Shown piece by piece: positions 1 to 9,832 of a stretch of 64,000 nt of DNA; positions within the stretch are counted from its first letter, which is position 1; every line of letters starts with the position of its first letter. The DNA comes from Polyangiaceae bacterium (GTDB lineage: Bacteria; Myxococcota_A; Polyangia; Polyangiales; Polyangiaceae). A program made the translations under genes and the position numbers. The stretch is from contig JBILLK010000012.1 in assembly GCA_044376115.1 (NCBI GenBank), positions 160,001-224,000 of the forward strand, in the 5' to 3' direction. Below the pieces are notes generated by a model that was not told the DNA's origin, did no database searches, and saw nothing but the letters and a program-made list of their open reading frames with translations.

Positions 1-381
1 CTAACGATCGCGGTTGCAGTCATGCCAGACTCCGAAGAATCCAGTTCAGACGCCCTAGCCGTAGCGATTGAGCCACAGACAATGCTCGATCACGTTGAAA
101 ACATCGGCTTGGCTGCATTAGGCGCGTTGGTCCTTGTAAGCCTCCTTTGGATTCCCTTGGGCATCTTTTGGGCACCTCTCAATGCATGGGGCCTCCACAA
201 GAGGGCAAGCTGGGCCCGCGTATCCACACTCGTCTACGCAGGGGTGGGAGCGCTCACATGCATTGGGACGCCCTACGCAATCTATGCGCTCTACAGCCTC
301 ACACGCCCGTCCGTGAAGAGTTGCTTCAAGCAACCCGAGCGCCAACCCCACAAGTCACTCATTACTACCAGAAGGCTCTAG
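1..381 (+). CDS. Hypothetical membrane protein, probably 5'-truncated by the window edge
   Basis: Frame 1 is open from base 1 (first ATG at 22) to TAG at 381; two or three hydrophobic segments. Confidence 0.55.
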   Translation, partial: LTIAVAVMPDSEESSSDALAVAIEPQTMLDHVENIGLAALGALVLVSLLWIPLGIFWAPLNAWGLHKRASWARVSTLVYAGVGALTCIGTPYAIYALYSLTRPSVKSCFKQPERQPHKSLITTRRL

Positions 382-397
382 AACGAAGCGCAGGCCA

Positions 398-1111
398 CTA
401 TTCGATTAGCCGACCGCCAGTGAATACGACTGACCAAGCGACGAGATTCAAACGTATCCCGGCAGCCCAGTGCAGATACGTCTGGTCGTTTCCTCCCAGA
501 TCCGTGAGTGCGGCTAGTTGCGCAAAGGGGCCCGCAATCCCCCGATAACCCAAGGACGCGTCGGCCATGACGCCGGCTCGGGTACCCGTCTCAAGCCCCT
601 GGAGATATCCGAATCGCTGAAACTGAAGCCCAATTGCGTGCTCCAATACAAAATAGCTACTTGCTGCGAAGTAGCGAAGCCTGGCGCGGGGGCTTGCCTC
701 CCAAGCAAGGCGCACATCATCGTAGGAGAAAGCGAGTTCAAAGGTAGGTCCTACGTGCAGGTCACGAGCAACCCGCCGAAGATAGCCCAACTCTATTTGC
801 GGTCTGGTAAAGGCCTTCAGAGGTAGATTTGAAATACTCTGCCCACCCGCAAACCCCAGCTCGATTACGCCTGACTCGGCGCACTCAGGCTCTGGAAAGA
901 AAGTACAATCCGACAGATTGAAGACCGGGGGCGGCGCTACAGGCACCGGGCTATTATACTGAGGTATCTCCTCTAACTTCGGATCAACCGCAACCACGTT
1001 TCTGTCCTCGGCAAGACTTTGGGTTGGCCAATAGGCGGCCAGTCCGAGGAGGGACTGCGCCGCGAACAGGGCCAACGTCCGCGCCTCGTGCTTACCTTTC
1101 ACGACTCGCAC
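398..1111 (-). CDS. Hypothetical exported protein, possibly a small outer-membrane beta-barrel
   Basis: Signal-peptide-like N-terminus, then amphipathic beta-strand-like segments (IELGYL, FELAFSY, LEHAIGLQF, WAAGIRLNL). Confidence 0.55.
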   Translation of the reverse strand: MRVVKGKHEARTLALFAAQSLLGLAAYWPTQSLAEDRNVVAVDPKLEEIPQYNSPVPVAPPPVFNLSDCTFFPEPECAESGVIELGFAGGQSISNLPLKAFTRPQIELGYLRRVARDLHVGPTFELAFSYDDVRLAWEASPRARLRYFAASSYFVLEHAIGLQFQRFGYLQGLETGTRAGVMADASLGYRGIAGPFAQLAALTDLGGNDQTYLHWAAGIRLNLVAWSVVFTGGRLIE

Positions 1112-1440
1112 TCAGTGGCGAAGGTGCAATCCACTCCACCTTGCTCAAAATTGATCGAAGTAAGTTCGCACCCAATCACGACTCGCTCGGACTTCTCATC
1201 CACTGCCTCGGCGCCAGAGCTGCTTGCTCCGCCACCATTCCCATCCAGCTCGGGCTGAGTACAGAGCAGCACACAGTCATCGAGGGGAACACCTCGCTCA
1301 CCATAAAGCGCCAGCATCTGCTCGAAGGTCTCCTGTTCAAGGTAGAGGACAGTGCTCTCCGAGGACGGGCAGGCGCAACCAGCCACGGCGTGGATCCCGA
1401 GGATGAACACGCAGGTTCGGAACACTAACTTTGCAAACAT
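1099..1440 (-). CDS. Small Cys-rich putative lipoprotein
   Basis: Hydrophobic N-terminus ending VAGC; several Cys; Gly-rich spacer; overlaps the start of the downstream gene. Confidence 0.55.
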   Translation of the reverse strand: MFAKLVFRTCVFILGIHAVAGCACPSSESTVLYLEQETFEQMLALYGERGVPLDDCVLLCTQPELDGNGGGASSSGAEAVDEKSERVVIGCELTSINFEQGGVDCTFATECES

Positions 1441-1565
1441 TGTTCACCATTAGAATGAACGGGAGCCTCAAACCTTACGCCGCAAGGCGTCGTTCTCGAC
1501 GAAAGTTGTAAGGCGCGTCGCACGAACGTTACACGGCGTTTAGCCTTGCAGTGGTATGGTTTGGC

Positions 1566-2333
1566 ATGTTTGTGCCTCGTAAGTCATTGCACTCTCTTGT
1601 GATGGCGGCTGCTGTTTTGTCCGCGTGTGCGACGGGCAACGACGTCGATGGGATCGCTGGCGGGGCGGATCTTCAGGGGGGCTCTGGCGGAAGTCCTAAC
1701 AGCACCGGGAACCTCGGCGGAGCGGGCGGCCCTGGCGTTGGGGGGAACTCGGGAGGGCAGGGCGGCTCCAATGGGGGCGGTGGGCAGGGCGGAGCAGCAG
1801 GCGGAGGTGGCTCTTCGGCCGACGGGATGACGGTGCCCGGCACTCTTATCATCAGCGAATATGTCGAAGGCACAGGCAACAACAAGGCATTAGAGATAGC
1901 TAACGTGGGGGATACCGCAGTATCCACATCAGACTGCATCATTAACCGCTACCAAAACGGCACCCCGACCGCCGCCGCGTCCCCCATCATTCTCGACACG
2001 ACGTCGCTTGGTCCAAACCAAGTGGTAGTCATCTGCAACAACTCCTTCAGTCAGGCCGGCTTGTGCGATCAACTTTCAGCCAATCTTCAGCATAGTGGCA
2101 ATGACGTAGTCGAACTTCAGTGTGGTGGCGTTGCCAAGGACATCATCGGTCGGATTGGTGAAGACGCGGTCTGGGGCACTGCACCAGCGACGACTGAGGA
2201 TGCCACCCTACGTCGCAACTGCGATGTCGTCCTGGGAGACGCGGTGGGTGGAGACCCATTCGAGCCCAGCACGCAGTGGACTGGCTTTCCGGTGGATACG
2301 CTGTCAGATCTGGGCCAGCGCAACTGCCCTTGA
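1566..2333 (+). CDS. Lipoprotein with Gly-rich linker and lamin-tail-like domain (LTD)
   Basis: Lipobox LSAC, Gly-rich linker, then LIISEYVEGTGNNKALEI...SGNDVVEL...DIIGRIG...TLRR, the LTD type found at the N-terminus of extracellular nucleases; alternative start 1551. Confidence 0.8.
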   Translation: MFVPRKSLHSLVMAAAVLSACATGNDVDGIAGGADLQGGSGGSPNSTGNLGGAGGPGVGGNSGGQGGSNGGGGQGGAAGGGGSSADGMTVPGTLIISEYVEGTGNNKALEIANVGDTAVSTSDCIINRYQNGTPTAAASPIILDTTSLGPNQVVVICNNSFSQAGLCDQLSANLQHSGNDVVELQCGGVAKDIIGRIGEDAVWGTAPATTEDATLRRNCDVVLGDAVGGDPFEPSTQWTGFPVDTLSDLGQRNCP

Positions 2334-2397
2334 GCTAGGTCATATTTCGACCCAGCAACACTTGCGCAGTCCTCCCGCTCGGGGCACGATTTGCCCG

Positions 2398-2751
2398 ATG
2401 AGCAATGTCGTAACCGCCTTCGGACTCGCTACTTTCGCGATGTCCGTTCAGACTTTCATGGCCACCGTTGGGCTAGCGGTCTTTGCGTACGAGAGAGCTG
2501 AGTCGCGAGCCCGTCGTTTAGACGACGCGCGTTGGCTGCTCGCGTCTCTGGTCGCCGCAGTGACCGCGAGCGCCGCGCTCGAGGTACAAGCAGCCGACGG
2601 CTTCAGCGGTTTAGGACTCGTGGTGCTCGAGGCATTGCTGGCGTGTGCCTTGGTTGGCACCGGAGAGATTATTCTTTGGGTGTGGTCTCAACCGGTGTCG
2701 GGGCTACTGCGCATTGGCTCGCTCGCTCAAGTGTCAAAGAGCTTGCCCTGA
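2398..2751 (+). CDS. Hypothetical small membrane protein
   Basis: In-frame ATG at 2398 within ORF 2122..2751; three hydrophobic helices; slight convergent overlap with the ruvB 3' end. Confidence 0.45.
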   Translation: MSNVVTAFGLATFAMSVQTFMATVGLAVFAYERAESRARRLDDARWLLASLVAAVTASAALEVQAADGFSGLGLVVLEALLACALVGTGEIILWVWSQPVSGLLRIGSLAQVSKSLP

Positions 2752-3755
2752 TCGATCGACTTCGAGAACGGGCGTTTCAAGTGTTCGTGTGCTTTGCGGG
2801 TTGCGATTCGACCGCGTGGAGTGCGGCCCAAGAAGCCCTGCTGGAGCAGGTAAGGCTCGTAGACATCCTCGACAGTGTCTCTTGGCTCGGATAGAGCGGC
2901 CGCAAGCGTATCTAAGCCGACCGGACCGCCGTCATAGTCATCTATTATGATAAGCAAGAGACGGCGGTCCATCGAATCAAGGCCTGCGTCGTCAACGTCG
3001 AGACGTTCAGCGGCGAGCCGAGCGATAGCTTCGGTTATAGACCCATTGCCCATGACTTCAGCAAAGTCTCGAACGCGTCGTAACAAGCGATTGGCAACAC
3101 GCGGAGTTCCGCGCGAGCGTGCAGCGATGGCGGCCGCCCCAGCAGGCTCGATCGATACATTCAGTAACCGCGATGAGCGCAACACAATCTGCTCCAGCTC
3201 ATTCGCCGGATAGTAATCTAGACGCATGACGTAGCCGAATCGGGAGAGAAGCGGGGCTGTAAGTAATCCCGTGCGAGTGGTTGCGCCGATCAAAGTAAAC
3301 GGTTTCAACCCCAACTGGATAGTTGTCGCGTAGGGGCCCTCCCCAGTCATGATGTCGATCTGGAAGCCTTCAATCGCTGGGTAGAGGCTCTCTTCCACGA
3401 CCGGGGAGAGGCGATGAATCTCGTCGATGAAGAGAACATCACCATGTTCAAGCTTGGTTAATAGACCAGCCAGGGCCCCCTTATGCTCAATAGCGGGGCC
3501 ACTCGTCGAGTGCAGTGTGACGCCCATCTCCTTGGCAACAATGTGCGCAAGCGTCGTCTTGCCCAGTCCTGGCGGGCCCGAGAGCAAGACGTGGTCGAGT
3601 GCCTCGTTACGACGGCGGGCAGCCTCCACAAAGACGCGAAGGTTCTCCTTGTGCTTCTCCTGGCCGATGTATTCCGCGAGGTTGTCGGGACGAAAGAGCC
3701 GGTCGAAGCGCTCATCTTCGCCTGTTCCGGTGGCAGAGAGCATTCGCTCAGTCAT
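2727..3755 (-). CDS. ruvB: Holliday junction branch migration helicase RuvB
   Basis: Walker [72 protein letters not shown]. Confidence 0.98.
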   Translation of the reverse strand: MTERMLSATGTGEDERFDRLFRPDNLAEYIGQEKHKENLRVFVEAARRRNEALDHVLLSGPPGLGKTTLAHIVAKEMGVTLHSTSGPAIEHKGALAGLLTKLEHGDVLFIDEIHRLSPVVEESLYPAIEGFQIDIMTGEGPYATTIQLGLKPFTLIGATTRTGLLTAPLLSRFGYVMRLDYYPANELEQIVLRSSRLLNVSIEPAGAAAIAARSRGTPRVANRLLRRVRDFAEVMGNGSITEAIARLAAERLDVDDAGLDSMDRRLLLIIIDDYDGGPVGLDTLAAALSEPRDTVEDVYEPYLLQQGFLGRTPRGRIATRKAHEHLKRPFSKSIDQGKLFDT

Positions 3756-3976
3756 GGTTACCTGCTAACGCGATTAGCTATGCGCGCCAAGAGGACATGC
3801 GCGGGGCTTACTCACCTGCTGCGACAGAAGCCGAGGCAGGCGACCTCAAGCACCGTCAAATAGTTGCGCAAGCTGGGAAGATAATTGCGTTTCCAACGCG
3901 TAAGTGATTGCCTGGGAAGGCTGGGCTTTTCTCGTTCTGAGACTTGTTCTGGAATTAACTGATGCGGGGAGACTCT

Positions 3977-4780
3977 ATGACGAAAACCAACTGGCTTGCG
4001 GCTGTGGGCGTGCTCGTTGTGGGATGCGCTGGGATCGAAAGCGAGACCACGCTTGAGGAGACGAATACGGTAGAAGCTGCGATTCAGTGCAATGACGACG
4101 ACGAAGACGACTTCGAGGTCGACTTCCTTGGATGTACGGAGGTCGCCGCGCTGGCGATACTTCCCTATGACGATGCACGACCGTTAGTGCCGGCGCAGTA
4201 TGAGCTCGCCGGAGACGGAACGTTTGCCCTAATGGTTGTACGCATCGCGAACTGCAACAACGTCAAGATCGACGGCAAGTCCACGGGAGACAGCACTGTG
4301 GCTCAAGTGGGAATTACTATTGTCCCACCCGACGGCGACGGAGACATTAACAACTACACCGTTCACTACGACACGGACGGCAAGAAGCTCGCAAAGAAGC
4401 TCAACGATGCTGGCGTCAGCAAGGCCCGCTACGTGTCGAAGCTCGATTACGATCTCGACCTCGGTGCTGGAACACTCAACATCAACGTACCGAAGCCATC
4501 CAAGGCTCGCTACCAGGTGACAGCATCAATCATCGCCCCCTCATCGCCGGGCGTACCTTTCGTCGCAAACTGGTGGGAGGCGGGGGAAGACGGCGAAGTA
4601 ACCAAGATGGGAACTGCAATTCCGTCAATCCAGTTTGGAACGTCTGACACAACGCTTACGGTCCACCCGACATCGACCCTTGTCGATCTGATTGGAGGGA
4701 CCGTTCTGACCGAGTTCGCCGCGTTGGACAGTTTCAACGTATTCCCCTCAGCACATATGGTGGTCGACGAGCGGGATTGA
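3977..4780 (+). CDS. Hypothetical acidic lipoprotein
   Basis: SD-like GGGGAG before ATG 3977; lipobox VVGC; beta-rich body. Confidence 0.75.
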   Translation: MTKTNWLAAVGVLVVGCAGIESETTLEETNTVEAAIQCNDDDEDDFEVDFLGCTEVAALAILPYDDARPLVPAQYELAGDGTFALMVVRIANCNNVKIDGKSTGDSTVAQVGITIVPPDGDGDINNYTVHYDTDGKKLAKKLNDAGVSKARYVSKLDYDLDLGAGTLNINVPKPSKARYQVTASIIAPSSPGVPFVANWWEAGEDGEVTKMGTAIPSIQFGTSDTTLTVHPTSTLVDLIGGTVLTEFAALDSFNVFPSAHMVVDERD

Positions 4781-4786
4781 TGAATT

Positions 4787-4830
4787 GACTCGTGCCAAGT
4801 GCCGACCTTGTCGAGAGGGCACGAGTCTTT
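4787..4830. terminator. Inverted repeat between convergent genes, possible terminator
   Basis: GACTCGTGCC (4787-4796) / GGCACGAGTC (4818-4827) followed by TTT. Confidence 0.45.
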
Positions 4831-4867
4831 CGTTCACTGCATGCACCCTTCCTGAGATATCCGCTGG

Positions 4868-5302
4868 TTAGGCGCCCTTGGCTCGAGGAGGTCCGCTTCC
4901 GGGCCGCGGGCGCGCCTTCACAAAGGCCACCGCTTCGTCTTCGTTCGCAAAAGCTCGCGCGTCTGCACGATCATTCGCAAGAAGCCGCTGAACGTGGAGC
5001 AATCCGGCCGGAGTCCGAACCAACAAAGCAACGCGAACAAAGCCGACGATCATCGCCCTTCGGTGCTTCGCAAACATGGTCTCGGAGGCAGGGTCGTTGC
5101 GCCCAACCACGATGCGAGTGTCAACCAACAGCGAGCATCGTGTGCGAACCTCTGCATCGAGCACCCGCTGTACGGGGTTGCAGGCGTTCTCGACCTCGAG
5201 CTCGCTCTCGAACGGCCGCACGCGGCGCGTGACGCGGACGAACCCCTGAGCGTCGACGCGCTCTACGAGGTAGTAGTCGGTGTCCAGCAGGGTGACCGGC
5301 AA
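4868..5302 (-). CDS. Small STAS/SpoIIAA-like alpha/beta protein (myxobacterial type)
   Basis: Pattern LLVDTR..GRNDP...F.RVALLVRT..G.L..QR...AFANEDEAVAF. Confidence 0.65.
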   Translation of the reverse strand: MPVTLLDTDYYLVERVDAQGFVRVTRRVRPFESELEVENACNPVQRVLDAEVRTRCSLLVDTRIVVGRNDPASETMFAKHRRAMIVGFVRVALLVRTPAGLLHVQRLLANDRADARAFANEDEAVAFVKARPRPGSGPPRAKGA

Positions 5303-5388
5303 GGGTTCTTCTTGCTTGAGCTAGGGCCAAGAGGCAAGCTTCTCGGCGACTCGTGAAGGTGAGCTGGTTACCCGCTCCTGGGGACGCG

Positions 5389-6711
5389 CTACGACGCAGC
5401 GCGACTAGCACGCGCCAATCGGCGTACTCGCGGGTCATCTCGCCGGAATACAAGACTAAAGAGAATGAACGCCACCCAGACCGCAGCCAAGTGATAAAGC
5501 ATTGGGACACCACCTGCGCGGTCGAAGATGCGGCTTGAGATGGCTGGCCCAAGCAACATACCGGCGGCATAGAACGTGTTGTAGAGCGCATTGGCACGAC
5601 TGTACTCGTGGGGCTTGGTGACAACGCCCTGGAGAGCCAAGCTCAAGGGCGAAATCGAGGCGAGAGTCGCTCCGGCTACAAAGACCGCCAGGCACATCAC
5701 CCAAAACGAGTCGATAAAAACAAAGCCGAGCACCATGGCTCCGCCCACGACTGACAACATGCGCATTAGCGGAAGGTGGCCTATTCGATCACCCACACGC
5801 CCTGCGATATTAGTGAATAGCAGCATACCGCCAGCAAAAAAGGCTGGGATGACAATGGTCTTTGACGAAGCTATGCCCTTCTCCTGAACCAGGTACAAAG
5901 GGAGAAAAAGCACGACAGCAGCCTGAAAATAGCCATACGCGAAGGTGGCAAAGCAGCAGGTTTTTATTCGCCATGGAACCGAGCGCGCAGCGGCTGCAAC
6001 CGTTGAAGGCGCGCCACTAGCGGATGCGTCCTCCGAGTGCGTCTCTGGTACGTCGGCAGCAAGCCTCAGACTAACAAGCCCTGCGGCCACCAGGGAAATC
6101 ACCCCAGAGACGAAGAACGCAACCTTCATAGGAGCAACCGCAACAATTCCCCGCGCAAACAGCGGACCAAGCACGTAGCCCACCGCCATAGCCATCGAAT
6201 AAAGGCTTGTAACGAAAGCCTTATTGTCCTTGTTGGCTCTGGATAGGAGCACCGTCTCGCAGCTGACCCAAATACCGACCGAAAATGCGCCGTCAAAGAA
6301 CCGAACCAGGGCGATCGTCGTAAAGCTCGGCATCAGCGGAAAGGCCGCGACCGCACAGGCGTAGCCAACCAAGCTTACGATCAGGGTCGCGCGCGCCGAG
6401 AACTTGCGAATCACGAACCCCATGGGGATCGAGAGCACCACGATGCCCAACGCAAACCACACAGCAAGGCTGCCAATGTCACTCTTGGAGTACGACAGCT
6501 CGTCCAAGAACAATCCAACGAGCGCGAGCGAAATGCCGTAGGCGAGGCCTAGGAGGAGAATTGCGCCGTAGATCAGCCAGATGTTTGAGTCGGTGATTCG
6601 GGCATTGGTGCTGCTCACCCACGCAAAAGGCCCGCGCCGCGCGTTGGGGTCAAGTCTTTCGTCGCGAGAACGCTTTCGAAGCGTTACGGCGTAACCCCAA
6701 AGATGGCGCAA
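5389..6711 (-). CDS. MFS transporter
   Basis: About 12 hydrophobic helices, motif-A-like GRVGDRIGH; true start may be the GTG near 6618. Confidence 0.9.
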   Translation of the reverse strand: MRHLWGYAVTLRKRSRDERLDPNARRGPFAWVSSTNARITDSNIWLIYGAILLLGLAYGISLALVGLFLDELSYSKSDIGSLAVWFALGIVVLSIPMGFVIRKFSARATLIVSLVGYACAVAAFPLMPSFTTIALVRFFDGAFSVGIWVSCETVLLSRANKDNKAFVTSLYSMAMAVGYVLGPLFARGIVAVAPMKVAFFVSGVISLVAAGLVSLRLAADVPETHSEDASASGAPSTVAAAARSVPWRIKTCCFATFAYGYFQAAVVLFLPLYLVQEKGIASSKTIVIPAFFAGGMLLFTNIAGRVGDRIGHLPLMRMLSVVGGAMVLGFVFIDSFWVMCLAVFVAGATLASISPLSLALQGVVTKPHEYSRANALYNTFYAAGMLLGPAISSRIFDRAGGVPMLYHLAAVWVAFILFSLVFRRDDPRVRRLARASRAAS

Positions 6712-7106
6712 AATCGGCTGAATTGCGCACTATTCTCTTCGACGTCATCAAGTCCGATTCGAAGCGAAACGGTTTCTGACGTTTCCCAGGGCCACCAGAG
6801 GCCAAACGCCAACAGCGAATCGACTCGCCCCCCAGTCAGCAGCAGCTGCCCTTTTCGTACTCCTTCATACCGCTCGGCAATCGCTTGAATTCGACCGGGC
6901 GCAGTGGGAATGGTCTCCCTAGTCCAAATGGTTGGCAGTCCCAGCGCAACTGCAGTGCGCGCACTGACCGAGTGATGGGCTCCGAACGAAGACGCTATGC
7001 TTGAAAGCCGAGAGTCCCAACTCCAGCCTCCCATCGGCCAGGCAGCCTTGAGTGCGCGCAACCCCGTGAAGAGTTCCCGTTCAGCTTCATTCGATGTGAA
7101 AGGCAT
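6684..7106 (-). CDS. Hypothetical Trp-rich protein
   Basis: Part of ORF 6684..7253, likely start ATG 7106; GWSWDSR and FGLWWPW motifs. Confidence 0.6.
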   Translation of the reverse strand: MPFTSNEAERELFTGLRALKAAWPMGGWSWDSRLSSIASSFGAHHSVSARTAVALGLPTIWTRETIPTAPGRIQAIAERYEGVRKGQLLLTGGRVDSLLAFGLWWPWETSETVSLRIGLDDVEENSAQFSRFCAIFGVTP

Positions 7107-7244
7107 GCAACCCTTTAGTCCCCCAGTTGGCAATCCACCAGTCTTCGTTGCTTGGCCTTGTGAGTGGCAAACCCACGGTAACGAGAGAAACGTCTCATTG
7201 TCGCCGTTGGTAAGGCTGAACGGCTTGCCAGGATCGAGCCACGC

Positions 7245-8132
7245 ATGACCCAAGCTGGCGCATCGGTACTCATCGCTGGCTGTGGTTACTTGGGGTTGCC
7301 AGTCGCTAGGAGTTTGAGTGCTGGAGGGGCGACGGTCTTCTGCATAACTCGCAGCGACGAGCGCGCTGGCCAGTTCTCCAATGAAGGATTAGTTCCAGTT
7401 CGTTTGACCCTCGGCGATGAGACCGGCTGGCCCGAACTACCTCCAATCGAAACGCTTATCTGGTTAGTTGGCTTCGACCAACGAGGCTCGCGTTCATCCG
7501 TCTGGGTGGCTGGCTTTGCGCGATTGCTCCGGAGCTTCAAAGTACCGCCAAAGCGAGTCATCTACGCCTCGAGCGTGAGCGTCTACGGCGACGCTGGAGG
7601 CGCAGTGGTTGATGAGGAGAGCGCCACCTCGCCCATTACGGAGGGAGGACTTGCGTGCTTGGACGCAGAGGCTGTGCTTCGTGATTTTGCGGAACACACA
7701 GGAAGCAGAGCGACCGCGCTACGCTTCGCCGGCATCTACGGGCCCGCTCGGCTATTGCGCTCGACATCGGATACCATGGCAGGAAAGGCAATCGAGAGCC
7801 CCCCCAACGAGTGGCTCAATCTCGTGCACGTTGACGACGCACTCCAAACTGTGCTCGACGTAGGCCGATTAAGCGCGCCTCCTCACATTCTCAACGTCGT
7901 GGCTAGCGAACCGCTATTGCGACGTGACTACTACCAAGAACTATCTCGGCTGCTCAACGCTCCACCTCCCACATTCAAGCCAAGTGGATCGCGAGCGCGC
8001 AGCGGGAGCAAGCGCGTGGTGAGTGGCTTTCGCGAGTCGCTTGGCATCGAATTTCGATTCGATAGTGCACAGGCAGGACTGTTCGACGCTGTTGCAAGAA
8101 CCAATAAGCAGAGCGCGGCTCCTGTTCTCTAG
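7245..8132 (+). CDS. NAD-dependent epimerase/dehydratase (atypical SDR, YeeZ-like)
   Basis: IAGCGYLG Rossmann motif, YASSVSVYGD, LRFAGIYGP, NLVHVDD. Confidence 0.9.
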   Translation: MTQAGASVLIAGCGYLGLPVARSLSAGGATVFCITRSDERAGQFSNEGLVPVRLTLGDETGWPELPPIETLIWLVGFDQRGSRSSVWVAGFARLLRSFKVPPKRVIYASSVSVYGDAGGAVVDEESATSPITEGGLACLDAEAVLRDFAEHTGSRATALRFAGIYGPARLLRSTSDTMAGKAIESPPNEWLNLVHVDDALQTVLDVGRLSAPPHILNVVASEPLLRRDYYQELSRLLNAPPPTFKPSGSRARSGSKRVVSGFRESLGIEFRFDSAQAGLFDAVARTNKQSAAPVL

Positions 8133-8200
8133 TGACTGTCGATTGCGGAAGCGGTTGGGTTCGCTGCGCCTAGAGTTGAAGGTGCTGGTACAATCCGCCT

Positions 8201-8563
8201 GTGATTCAGATATTTGGCACTCCCAAATGCAAGGGAACCCGAGCAGCACAGCGATTCTTCGCCGACAGAGGCATCAAGGTTCACTCAATAGACATTAAGG
8301 AGAAGGCTCTTTCGAAGGGGGAATTAGCCAGTATTGCGCGCTCGGCTGGCGGGTTTCACTCGCTCTTGGATAGCGCCGGGCCGCGCATTAAGGAGCGCGG
8401 CCTGCAACATAGCGCCCCCAATGAAGAGCGTCTGCTTCAACTATTCCTGCAGGACCCGCTGTTGCTCAAGACCCCGATAGTTCGCCTGGGCCAACGGGCT
8501 GTCGTTGGCCTTGATGAGGCTGGCTGGAAGCAGCTGGCCGAGGCACTTAAAGCGGCGGGCTAG
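8201..8563 (+). CDS. ArsC/Spx-family thioredoxin-fold protein
   Basis: IQIFGTPKC..TR.A.RFF and PLLLKTPIVR...VVG. Confidence 0.85.
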   Translation: MIQIFGTPKCKGTRAAQRFFADRGIKVHSIDIKEKALSKGELASIARSAGGFHSLLDSAGPRIKERGLQHSAPNEERLLQLFLQDPLLLKTPIVRLGQRAVVGLDEAGWKQLAEALKAAG

Positions 8564-9348
8564 GCTTTTGTTGGAGACTCTGACTGCTTCGTAATCGACG
8601 CAATGAATCGACTTAGGACAACCCAATAGATGTCCGACCGCGAGAGATCGTTGTGACCGCAGCCTGGCAGCAGCACCTTCGTCCGGTGAGCATTAGGGAG
8701 CGCTGAAAAGGTCCCCTCCGCTTCCGCGGCCGGTACGATCTGATCGTCCTCGCCATGAAGGACCAGCGCGGGAACATGGCAATGACTAAACTTGGGCATC
8801 GGATCGAGCACGGCTAAATCATCAGTAGACAGCGGAGCCCCAAGCTCAAACCTTCGGCGCTTCGCCACCCCCTCCAAGTCGGAGGAGACGCTCTCGAAGA
8901 TGAATCCGGCCACTTCTGGCCGCTCCAAACGACATATCTCCGCCGCCATCGCCCCGCCGAGTGAGCGCCCCATGACAACCAGCGCTCGGCGCCGCACAAG
9001 TTTGACGACAGCATCAAGCACGGGTGCGGCGTCGCCAATAGACGCACGCAAGGTGGGTGTGCCAGTGCTTTGGCCGTAGCCCCGAAAATCGACAACCGCA
9101 AGCGATGCTCCGGCCCGTTGTTCGTAAACGTCGGCCAACTCATCGTAGTCAGCCACGACCTCGCCGTTGCCGTGAAACAACAGAATGAGCGCTTCCGTGG
9201 CCGGTCGCTCATGAATCCGAACGTGAAGTTTTGCGCCGTCCGCGACATCTACAAACAAGTCCTTGGACCCCGGCGGTTTGGGCGACTTGTCACGACGAGC
9301 AAAGAAGAGGGCGCGATTGAATTCCGGGCGATCGAAGATCGTCGTCAC
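8560..9348 (-). CDS. Alpha/beta hydrolase
   Basis: FHGNGE, DFRGYG, nucleophile elbow GRSLGG, LHGEDDQIV, GHND. Confidence 0.9.
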   Translation of the reverse strand: MTTIFDRPEFNRALFFARRDKSPKPPGSKDLFVDVADGAKLHVRIHERPATEALILLFHGNGEVVADYDELADVYEQRAGASLAVVDFRGYGQSTGTPTLRASIGDAAPVLDAVVKLVRRRALVVMGRSLGGAMAAEICRLERPEVAGFIFESVSSDLEGVAKRRRFELGAPLSTDDLAVLDPMPKFSHCHVPALVLHGEDDQIVPAAEAEGTFSALPNAHRTKVLLPGCGHNDLSRSDIYWVVLSRFIASITKQSESPTKA

Positions 9349-9430
9349 GCCTGAATCATGGTGAGTTTTGTGTCCGCTGCCAAGCTCCGATCTTCATGAC
9401 CCAACATTGGCAAGGTTTCAGGTCGGGCAC

Positions 9431-9760
9431 TCACAGGTCCGTCGGGTCATCGTAGCGCTCGGCGATGCGTAGCACTTCCTTCCGAAGCGCATCGTGCGCA
9501 ATGAGCTTGCGGAAGAGCTGCCAGAGCGCGGGATCAGCCAACACTTGCATGGTGGTGGCGCCTTTTCTCGCCGCTCTTGGAACGGCGCCTGCCCCTCGCA
9601 CCCGAAGTTTCATCAGTTCAGTCACGTGTTGCTTGGTCGCAAAGAGCTCACCGCGCTCCCAAGCCAGAACAACCTCTTGTTCAACGCCAATAGCAGCTGC
9701 CAAGTCTCTTGCGGTTACACCAAGCTCTTTGCGCAATGCCTTGAGTTCTTCGGCGTCCAT
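9431..9760 (-). CDS. XRE-family helix-turn-helix protein
   Basis: GGAG before ATG 9760; LKALRKELGVTARDLAAAIGV...AWERGE. Confidence 0.85.
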   Translation of the reverse strand: MDAEELKALRKELGVTARDLAAAIGVEQEVVLAWERGELFATKQHVTELMKLRVRGAGAVPRAARKGATTMQVLADPALWQLFRKLIAHDALRKEVLRIAERYDDPTDL

Positions 9761-9832
9761 TCGTGCTCCGTTCGCAGAGCCAGCACAGCGCGGCAACCCC
9801 GACCTTACAATAAAGGGCTCCACACAGGCATG

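Noticed and set aside
2727..3755. ruvB without adjacent ruvA/ruvC as an anomaly
   Set aside because: Split ruv loci are common and the protein looks canonical
3756..3960. Cobalamin riboswitch suggested by two CTGGGAAG copies
   Set aside because: No GGGAA...GCCCCCGC core or GCCACTG pairing could be built
7161..7200. c-di-GMP-I riboswitch (GGCAAACC...GTAA)
   Set aside because: The closing stem and the GACGCAAAG element are absent
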